From: Spizellomyces punctatus DAOM BR117
Taxonomy: Eukaryota
Length of the DNA stretch: 52,598 nt
Strand: one strand, 5' to 3'
Assembly (NCBI GenBank): GCA_000182565.2
Contig: KQ257471.1
This document shows, in pieces, positions 1 to 11,505 of the stretch. A program made the translations under genes and the position numbers. How positions within the stretch are numbered: the first letter of the stretch is position 1; each line of letters begins with the position of its first letter. Under the pieces are notes generated by a model, which made no database searches, had not been told where the DNA came from, and saw only the letters and a program-made list of their open reading frames with translations.

Positions 1-1265
1 TGAGCGGTTGACGAACCACCGGAGGGAACGGCGCTTGGACCACCAATCATTGACGGGTCCAATTCGACAAAGGCTATCAAGAATTCAAGTGATTACAGAG
101 AAAGATAAGAGATTATTCACATTTGCTCACTCACTGCTCCGAATCCCGAACACTTCGTCTATGAGACCCTCGTATGTAAGCTGCGTGGACATGGGTGTTA
201 TGAGATCCACCGTTCGATCGATAACGACCATTGCATCAATTTCCGAGAAGCCAGGGAAAATTTTAGCAGAAGCTTCCTCATCCTCCGCACTGGCGAGGAC
301 TTCGTGCCGCATGCGTAAGAGAAGATCAGCAAGCGACTGTTGCCGAACCACTTAGCATACTCTCCATCTGGCGGAAAGAGATTGAACATACTCGTGCGTA
401 CTGGCCCTTCCCAACAATACGCGGAATTAATCCAAACATGGTTTGCAGTTTCATCAGTGCTTTCGCCATGCAAAATATGGCTGTTGTATCCCCTTCCTGC
501 AGGAGTCATCCATGAGACGCCTGACTCATTCCGCAGCTAGGCGAGCGATGGAGCCAACATACATAATACCCACCAAGTAAAGTTCACGAAACGCAGAATC
601 CAGCTCAAGAGACAGCAAATCGTCTTCCAGAGGTAAAAGATCCAAATGGTATTCTCCCACGATGACATCTCCAAAGACACCCTCCTCTTCCAGGACCCGC
701 TCGCAAATTAGCGAGCGACGTGGCACAAAAAAGATACTGTAGCTGATTTTCACGCCATGCTGACTATGTGTCTGAATATGGCCTACCGGAAGCGAGTGAA
801 CAAACGGATCATGACAGTATGAATACCGGAAAAAAAAATATAGTACCTGCAATACATTTCACATGACCAACTTTAGGCCTGCAGATATAAATTAGACTTT
901 TGCAGTCTGTATCCAGTTTTCCAGGTGCCAAATGATAGATCTTTTCCACGCCGTGCTCCTGCAAGAAGGTTGGTAGCTTTAGCACTCGAATGGTGTCCCC
1001 GGTCACCAGATTTTTAAACAGTAATCAATCAACTAACCTACGGACCTTTAACAATGTAAACTCTGCCACCAAACTCAAGGGCCCGCTCAAGGAAGGATCT
1101 ATGACCAATCCCTTTTTGCCTCGCACCTTGCACATTATGTCCTGTCGGATTGAGTTTATCTTCCAAAAAAATTATGGAAAGACCTACCGAGTCCAACAAG
1201 TCTATAAGCTCCTGCCTGGCATGGTCTTTGACCGCCCCTGTGCTAAATACTCCAGCCGCTTGCAT
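1..1265 (-). CDS. VPS33: Vacuolar sorting protein VPS33 (Sec1/Munc18 family), 5' part; multi-exon, runs off the window start
   Basis: Exons encode ARQELIDLLDS/VRGKKGLVIDPSLSGPLSLVAEFTLLK, FFVPRRSLICERVLEEEGVFGD, LPLEDDLLSLEL and VVIDRTVDLITPMSTQLTYEGLIDEVFGI, all typical VPS33 motifs; GT-AG introns lie between them. Confidence 0.93.
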
Positions 1266-1446
1266 CTTAATATTTGAATCTTACAAGATGCAAAGGAAAG
1301 ATTGCCCCTCCAGTCTTGGGGGAGGGGGTAACCTGTGCAAGCCTCATAACTGTCATTTATCCGAAATTAGCCAAATTGGCTAATCAAAAAAACTGTGACG
1401 AAGTGGATTTCGACACCCCAACGTAGAAAAAGGCAACAAGGACCAG

Positions 1447-3421
<1,975 letters not shown>

Positions 3422-3731
3422 ATTTTTAAAGTGCAGTGTTATTGCCCCCCGTCCATGCCACCCTGCGAAGCTACTGGCGTAATACAATGCTTGCTCAATC
3501 GTCTGCGACAGTTTGTCTGCCACTTAACGTGATGAGTTGTCTTAATAACCGCGCAAGGGATCTCATTATCATCAGTAGCCAGCAAGTCGGCTTCAGGGGC
3601 CTGACCGATGAGACACTGGTTGCCAGTAGATTGACAATGTGAAGGACAGTAACGTGCGTGCAAATGGTACAGTCTATCGAATAGCGGAAGTGAACGTAAT
3701 CCAGAGAGTGGCTTAGCTAGGTGAAATCAAT

Positions 3732-4600
3732 GTGTGGAGGTGATTGAAAGTGGCACTAGGACCCATTATTATCCGGATTAATCCGGTTAATCATATCGCA
3801 TAATCAGCACCCCCATCTATCGCTCAAAGCGGTGTGGCATGCATGTAATGTTTTTTTTTTTTAAACTGCAGTGAGGCGCATGCTGAAGGTCTATAAAAGG
3901 GGACCTGCTCCCTCTTTCCTCTTTACCCATCCTCGACTCTCAAACCATCTGCGCAAACGCTCATCACGACCCACATCACAACCCTCATCGCGACTCGGTC
4001 AACCATGAGAATGCAGATGTAGTGGTGCCGAGGACCTTGCCCACCTGATTACAACCAACTGGAACCAGCGCAGCCTCGGAACCAACAAAGCTGTTATTAT
4101 GCTGCCACATTAGTTGAGCTTGGTTGGTATGTACTGATTGCATTTTGTCATTCTGTCATTCATCTCGCTGACATGCCATTTTTTGTAGTCTCCAAGCCTT
4201 GTCACTGAAAATCCCCCAGCTTGTGACGCTGCCCAGTCGATTCGCTCCTGGATGCAAGAGTCTGGCTTCAATGCCATCAAGAGTTCTGGATCAAGGCCTA
4301 GTAGGGACCGCGTGTGGTGGTGGGCAATCATCCGGTTAGAACCAACCGTTACGTATTGCGTGTATAATTGCCTAGTAGTAGCTTAGCTTTTCCGAACCAG
4401 TTGTCGCCGGTTTATTCCCTGGTGTACAGCTTGTGCAGATAAAGATGGTGCATCACGTGAGTCATGTGGGGGTCTAGAATTCTAGTCTACACGTCCAAGA
4501 TTCTTGCTGGTGCGGCGGCATGACCCCCACATGACTCACGTGATGCACCATCTTTATCTGCACAAGCTGTAGCTAGTGCCAGTTTCTGTCACCTCTACAC
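3732..4600 (+). mobile_element. Non-autonomous TIR element, Fanzor 'ghost'-like, copy A (contains nested MITE)
   Basis: 28-bp imperfect TIRs (left gtgtggaggtgattgaaagtggcactag; right reverse complement gtgtagaggtgacagaaactggcactag; 24/28 match), TA at 4601-4602, and close similarity along its length to 29105-29813. Confidence 0.88.
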
Positions 4601-4617
4601 TAATCGTGCGTGAAAAT
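4386..4617 (+). ncRNA. Putative Fanzor omegaRNA of copy A (scaffold 4386-4602 interrupted by MITE; predicted guide about 4603-4617)
   Basis: gcttttccgaaccagttgtcgccggtttattccctggtgta[MITE]tagctagtgccagtttctgtcacctctacacta; same layout as the other two copies and as the SpuFz1 scaffold recalled from the literature. Confidence 0.7.
4427..4569. mobile_element. 143-bp MITE, Tc1/mariner-type (Stowaway-like)
   Basis: Perfect 48-bp TIRs (4427-4474 and 4522-4569) starting CAG, flanked by TA (4425-4426 and 4570-4571); absent from the homologous site in copy C. Confidence 0.93.
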
Positions 4618-5290
4618 AGAAATGTCAGTGCCACGGAGCATTGCAGCCAGTTGAATTAACCACATTTATTGTGACATCAACCTCATGAAGATAAACAAAA
4701 AGACAGGTCCAATATGTGTGGCCATGAACGGTGCAATTACTATCCCTTGCGGTCATCTATGAGAGGAATATTCTGCAGTTGCCACCTGCATGATGCTCCA
4801 TGACTCAATATATCCACTCTTTTTCTATATAAACTCCCCCTCTTCTTCTTCCCTCTTGTCTCTTTATCCCTCGACTCTCAAAGCATCTGCCCAACGCTCA
4901 AGTCTCAAATCCATCATGAGAATACTGCTCTGGTGCTGAGGACCTCATCCACCCGACAAAACCAACATAATCCCTTGCAAACGCTGCTATTACTATATTG
5001 CTACGATCGCAGGTATATCTTGCTGATTTTTCCCACGTGCATATTCCCAATTTTACGTAGTATCTGAACATCCTCCGACCCAAAAAGAGCTTTGGAATCA
5101 AAGGCTTAGTAGGATTTCTCTCGTGGTGGTGGGCTTAGTTACCCGGTTGACCAACCGTTATGTATTGCATGTGTAATTGGGCCCAGTCGTAGTTGGTTGT
5201 AAGGAGGGAATTACTTAGCTTTTCCGGGCTGGTTGTCGCCAGTCTACCCCCTGGTGTCTTGTGTTGTGACTTTTGTTATTGCCAATACAC
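4606..5290 (+). mobile_element. Diverged Fanzor 'ghost'-like element, copy B (left end approximate)
   Basis: Shares with copies A and C, in the same order: TATA plus CT tract, cctcgactctcaaa, catgagaat, gaggacct, intron, gtggtggtgggc, ccaaccgtta.gtattgc and the 3' ttttccg...cctggtgt...tacacta end. Left TIR is only weakly recognisable. Confidence 0.75.
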
Positions 5291-5307
5291 TACCAGTAGC
5301 GACTCTG
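5218..5307 (+). ncRNA. Putative Fanzor omegaRNA of copy B (scaffold 5218-5292, 75 nt; predicted guide ccagtagcgactctg)
   Basis: Hairpin ggctgg-ttgtcg-ccagtc and closing stem tggtgt/acacta; stem changes are compensatory relative to copy C. Confidence 0.7.
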
Positions 5308-5387
5308 ATGCCGTAAATGCTTACATACTGTCGCCGTTCCAAAGTATGCATCACTGACAGTGGTTATAGAGGTTTGCTGATAGAGAG

Positions 5388-8300
5388 ATGTCCGACGACG
5401 AGGCCCCGCATTCCAAACCAGTAGATGACGCGCCAAATACTGCAGAAAAGAAGCAGGGCATGGCGGCTCTGTTTCACGGAGTGGAAAAATCGGCGGCCGA
5501 AATCGAGAGCGATGAAATCCGGAGAGAAAAGTCGCGCGTTGCAGCAGCTTCCATAGCAGCCGATGTGCGGGAGCGTATCGCTGGGTCTGGGCTCGCTCTT
5601 ACAACAGGAAAAGGAAAGAGTGTGGTGGAAGAGCAGGAAGCAGTTACCAAGCAAGAAATTGATCAAAAGCCCTCCGGCTTTAGGACTGATATCGTAAGTA
5701 TATTATTGAAGTTGATCGTTCACTCATAGCTTGAGCTCATGGCTTGGCAGGTTGATCACCGTCTCAGTCTAGCTAGTCTTGCCGACAAATATTCCACGAC
5801 AATTAATTCTCGGAACCCATTGAAATCGCAAGGGCTTTCACCAAGAGATATTGTTGAGCGAGCGAAGCGACATGGACCAAATGCACTTACACCGCCCCGT
5901 CGTACTCCTTGGTACTGGAAGTTCTTGCAATGTTTGGGCAATCTTTTCAATGTGCTTCTCGGTGCGGCAGGAACCGGATATTTGATAACTTACGCAATCA
6001 ATCAAGTGGACTACTTTGAAAATGTGAGTATTTTTGCTGTAAATAGAGTGTATCTATTCTCATGCTCTCACAAATACAGGCATATATCGGATGCATCCTA
6101 ATTAGTGTCGCGTTTATTAACGCAGGTATCGAATTTTATGAACTTCAGAAAATCGCTGCAATCTTGGGGTCGTTCACAAATCTCATTCCCGCGCAAGCGG
6201 AGGTGATAAGATCTGGACAACTGAAAACTGTACTAGCACAAGAGATAGTCCCTGGAGGTCGATACAGCATTCGTACGCTTGGTAAATGACGGGTTTTGCT
6301 GATATCCACTTCGTTGCAGATATTGCAGTGATTCGTGCCGGCGCTAAAGTGCCCGCAGATATGGTGTTATTTAATAGCACTGATTGCAAGGTAGACATGT
6401 CCAGTCTGACTGGAGAAAGCGATCCACTAGGTCGGACTGCTTTGGAGAATGGGGCTCCACCTGATGTCGAAGCGATTGACGCTCCCAATGTGGTGTTCAA
6501 CGGAAGTGTTATCGTGTCCGGCGAAGCTTATGGAATTGTCATTGGGACAGGAGATGCAACAGTTCTGGGAAAGATTGCCGAGCTTACCAAGGCCGAAAAA
6601 AAGCGCCGTTCGCCTCTCTCCTCAGAGATACACCGCTTTTGTCATACAATATCAGTGCTTGCCACTATCACCGCTTTGATATTCTTTTTATTTGCGGTCG
6701 CTCGCGGGCGTAACTTTAACTACGCATTAACGTTCGGGATCGGAATTCTCGTTGCGTGGATTCCTCAAGGGCTAGCGGTCACTGTCACGATGTTATTGAC
6801 GATCGCAGGAAGACGCATGGCGGAACGGAGCGTTCTGGTAAAGGATCTTCACGGGGTTGAAACGCTCGGTGCTGTTACGATGCTCGCTACAGATAAAACC
6901 GGAACTCTGACGAAGAATGAAATGACAGTTGTTAACTTGTACACTAGCGGTGTTGTGTGGTTCGCGGGACCTGGAGGCCCGAATGAGTGTCCGGTGGGAG
7001 AAAGGCCTTTGAAAATGGATGGAAGTGGTATTCCCCAGATACTTCACATGAGTGCTACATGCACCAGGTAAATGGGTTAAGGTTTTCGATGGGGTTACGC
7101 CTTGTACTCACGGTGGAAAGCGGTTTATTGCCAGAGCCCGCTTTGATCGAACGGATGTTCCGTTGGAGCAAAGAGTTGCATTGGGCGATGCAACAGAAGC
7201 AGGGCTTTTACGATGGGCTGGATCCAGGCTGATGAACATAGATAAGGTAAGATTGAGACAAAGGTTGGCAGTTTCCGCCTCGTTCTAGTTTAAGTATAAT
7301 TGATAATTGCCCAAAGCTTCCAGTGTTGTACCCCAAAGTATTTGAAGTTCCCTTTACCTCTGATACCAAATGCCACATCTCCATTCATCGGAAGGGACAC
7401 TTGACGGGCGGGCTTACCCTTCATATGAAGGGCGCACCGGAAGTTGTTTGGAAGCGCTGTAGCACCGTGTGGATTGATGGAAAAGCGGTCCCCATAGCTG
7501 AAACTGATGAAAAACGGTTTGTAGATGCGCATGCAAAAATGTGCGCAAAAGGACATAGAGGTATATGACTTGAATTCAGACCACAAGCGGAGTTGTACGT
7601 TGACTTGGCTAATAAAAGAGCTCACTGATGCTTGTAGTGTTGGCATTCGCGATGCTGCAGCTCCACGGGAAGAAGTATCCCGATAACTGGAAATTCGACA
7701 AGGAAAAGAATAACTTTCCCACTGTAAGGCGACTTGAGCAAAGCAACGTTTTCGCGTGTTGAGAGTTTTTACAGCCTAACCAGCCAATCTATTCCTTGCA
7801 TTAGACAGATCTGACATTTGTCGGGCTTGTTTCTCTAGAAGATCCACCCAAAACTGGCGTACGCCAGGCGATTGGGAAAGTACGTGGTGCGGGGATAAAG
7901 GTAGTTATGGTTACTGGCGATCACCCGTTAACAGCAGAAAGCGTTGGAAGATCCATCAACCTTGTCACTTCTCTGTCTCCCACGCGGCTCTCGTATCACG
8001 ACGACCTTCCTGTTGCACGTCCTATCCGAGATCGGGACAACACTTCGTGCGTCATTCTAAGTGGGTCGGTTCTCCCACATTTGACTGATAGCGACTGGCT
8101 ACACATACTTCTTCACGATGAGGTAGTCTTCGCTAGAACCTCCCCAGCACAAAAATTAGACATCGTAACTCGAGCACAAGCCCTAGGGCATATTGTTGGC
8201 GTGACAGGGGATGGTGTGAACGACGCTGCCGCGCTTAAGAAAGCAGATCTCGGAATAGCCATGAATAAGACTGGAAGTGATGTAAGCAAGGAGGCAGCTG

Positions 8301-9919
8301 GAATGGTGCTACTGGATGACGATTTTGCAACCATTGTGAAAGGTATATTAGAAGGTAACAAGATATATTTGAAAATGTGCAAATGCGATAATCACTCACT
8401 TATAACCCTCAGGGCGCCTCATATTTTGGAATCTGAAAAAGGCCATTAAATACTCACTGACACATATCATGGCGGAAGTGATTCCCTACCTTCTTTTTGT
8501 TCTTGTACCGATCCCGCAGTGCCTTACGTCAATTCAAATTCTTGCGGTAGATTTGGGATTCGAACTATTTATCACGCTATCTTTTGCTTTCGAACCACCA
8601 GAAGATGAAGAGTTGATCATGAAGATGCCGCCTCGTCGACCTGTTACAGAAGAAAGCATAATGGCTGTAATGCATGCGCGACGACTGCGTCGAGACGCAA
8701 AGCGGAGAGCTATGGACGAAGAAATTGCAGCGGAGGCAGGCGAGGCTGGTTTATCAAGAGAAAATGAGAATGCGGAGGACGATGGGGGAGTACGATCAGA
8801 TTCCCACGAAGGGATCCCTTTGGGAGTTGCCACGTACACCGATTCCCATATGCTAATGGCCAGGCTGGTAGATGAAGACGCAGAGTTGCTCATGGAAGAT
8901 ATTCGACAACAGAATGTGGTTGGCGCAGAAGCCGCAGAAGCAGCAGCTGCTCGAATCCGATCTCGGTACGAGAAATTGTGGTTTGAGGTCCGGGCAGTAC
9001 TCACGCAACCCGGATACTGGAGGGCGCAGTATCGTGCATGGCGAGAGCTCACCCAGGGGTTTATCGTTGGAGAGAGGTTGGTAGATGGAGATGTGATGAT
9101 GTGGGCATACCTGGAGGGCGGCGTTATTGAATGTTGCGGTGGCCTCGCGACATTCTTCGCTGTGCTCTGGTTCTCATTCGGCATATCAGGAGCGGATGCG
9201 GTACGTGCACAAAAAGGCAGACGCTACTTCCTACCGCATAGCCCTCCACTCGAGTTGGGCAATGGGTCTTATGTGGTGAGTGATATGCGGGTGAACGCCG
9301 GCCCAAGGATGCCATATGTATTTAACTGTTGGAAAGCTGGGTGATGCACAATTCGAAGCACTCAAGCAAGCACAAAGCGGTTTCTACCTCTCAGTATTGA
9401 TTATTCAAGTGTGGAACCTGTTCGCTTGCAAAGCTCGTTTGAGACTACCCTTCGGGAAGTTTATGGTCGAGTAAGTTGTGATTAATACAATGCCTTACGC
9501 CTTTGAATGTGCTTGACTCAGCGACACTTTAGAAATCCAAAGACGTGGTATGCGCTCCTTGCCGGTTGTGCGGTTGGTTTTTTCATTGTTTACACTCCTT
9601 TAATGAATGGCAAGTATCTCTTAGTTTGGGGCTAAGAACTCCATGATTGACATGCGTTGCTTGTTTGTAGCGCTTTTCTTCACGTCAATGAACGTCGATC
9701 CTATTTTTCTACTCGTTCCCATGAGTTTCGGCGGATTCCTTTTGTTATACTCCATTTTTCGAAGATTGGTATTACAAAGAGGTGGGTTGGAAACGTGCCC
9801 TCGTGCCTTCCTTATCACCATCTCAAACATATTCGTGGTCAGTTAATCCTGATGAAAGAAGTGCAAGTGTTGAAGGGTTGAACATGGCTCCGTCAAACTG
9901 GGTAAGAGGATTTTCTTGA
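5388..9919 (+). CDS. P-type ATPase, Na+/K+(H+/K+)-like type IIC alpha subunit (multi-exon; 3' end approximate)
   Basis: HGPNALTPP, KVDMSSLTGES, VKDLHGVETLG, DKTGTLT, GDATEAGL, MKGAPE, DPPK, MVTGDHP, VFARTSPAQK, TGDGVNDAAALKKADLGIAM, EGRLIFWNLKKAIKY. Confidence 0.93.
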
Positions 9920-10480
9920 TGATTTTCATAACATTTTAATTGATGCGAAATGCCTGCGAAAGTCTCTCAGCGATCGGAGCAAAGCATCAACATCTGGACA
10001 CAGGAGGGGTTTATTGAGTGGTCTCCGAATAGGCAAGATTGTAACTACTGATAGCTAGCTGAGCACATCCGCAAGCACCAGCTAGAAGATCATCGTTCGC
10101 GTGTGGTGAAAAGTGTCGTTTTGACAGTGTGTTTACGGAAGCCGTGCTTACGTCAGCGTCGGGCTTAGCATAAACCGAGCCAGAGTTCCACTCTTCTTTT
10201 TCCCCTTACCAGGTTTTGATATCGTCGCCAAGAAACGAACACTTAGATTTTGGTATGGCAAGGACTATATCCTACCAAAAACGAAAATCTCACATCTTCA
10301 TTCCTGGCATCGGGCTTGCTGGACAATCCGTACCTGGATCAAACACCAAATGGGATTTTCTTTATTAAGAGTTTCTCCAACATGATTCCCAAGAATTCCT
10401 TCAACCTCAGATCATGACTGGAACACAAACTTCATCTGAAACTGAGCTCTCATTCGATTCAAAATGTTCAAGGATTGACA

Positions 10481-11210
10481 CTAACTTATTTTCAGGCGTT
10501 GTAAACCACATGATGGGCAGAATTTGTCTGCCGCTACGCCGAATGAATGCCCACAATCTGCGCAGAATTTTGCCAGTTTCCACCCATCGCCCCCTGCTCC
10601 ATCGGCAGCACTCGCTACATCATCTCGTCCTGCAGCCAGTGAGACGCCACTTGCTTTCCCAGGGCCAACCTTTGCTTTACTAGCCGCAGCCTTCGGTTTC
10701 GAGGTTAATTGTAGTTTTGACAGGGTCTCAATGGTTTTGGTGGGTTGGGGTATCTCTGGCTTCTTCTGACGCTCTTTGGCAAAATACCCCCCTGGTTTGC
10801 AGCTGCGCAGGTGAACCTCAAGTCGATCGCGCAGGAACTAGCAGAGAAATTGATCAAAATGATATGTCTCGTACTTGCCGAGATTCAAATTATCGTCATA
10901 CCTTTCTAGAGCAATTTGGACATTCTTCCCGGCCTTGGTCCATAAAAGTCGCAAAGGCAGCATCGTTGTAATCCTGTGTTGACAGGCCCCCTACGGCGAC
11001 TGCATCGTTCCCCGAACCCCCCGCATTTGGAGGACGGGGTCTGGGACGTCGCTGCTCTTTCGGAAGCAGGGCGTTCCTAGCATCCCATTTCGCGAGACAT
11101 TGCTTTTCGTGAATGGCGAGGGATTTTGAGCCAAACTCTCGGCCACATATGTAACACACACGGGTGAAAGGATTGCGGCCCTCAGCCTTTGCAGCAACTC
11201 TAGTGTCCAT
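10481..11210 (-). CDS. C2HC zinc-finger protein, ZNF474-like, with C-terminal double zinc ribbon
   Basis: RVCYICGREFGSKSLAIHEKQCLAKW, ECPNCSRK (continuing after an intron as FLRDRLEVHLRSC), and terminal KFCADCG...KFCPSCG; stop at 10481-10483. Confidence 0.82.
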
Positions 11211-11505
11211 CGCTGCTGTCGTAAGAGAAGACTAGAGTATTGCGGTGGGAGCCTAACTTGCCATCAAATAATACTATCCACCATGATGTCACACCCAGTC
11301 AGTCTGAGGGGGAAAAGCTAAAAATAGCCAGTTATGCGCGGCCCGATCAAAGATAGGTCGTCTGTTGCATTTACATGTTAAGTATTAAGGGGTAAAGACA
11401 CAGAGAAATACAATTCATTTAATACACGTTTGTCGCTGTCTTTCGTCGGCTAATGGCTGACTTCACCCCTAAACATTCACCTTTATATCAGCCTGGTTTG
11501 CTTTA

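Noticed and set aside
4427-4569. miRNA-like hairpin gene or terminator
   Set aside because: TA flanks, CAG...CTG termini and absence from the homologous copy identify it as a MITE insertion
3732-5290. Solo LTRs or LTR pair
   Set aside because: TATA boxes suggested LTRs, but the ends are ~28-bp TIRs rather than TG...CA with a 4-6-bp TSD, and there is no PBS/PPT or gag-pol between copies
8534-9184. 216-aa antisense ORF
   Set aside because: Shadow of the ATPase exon; no independent motif
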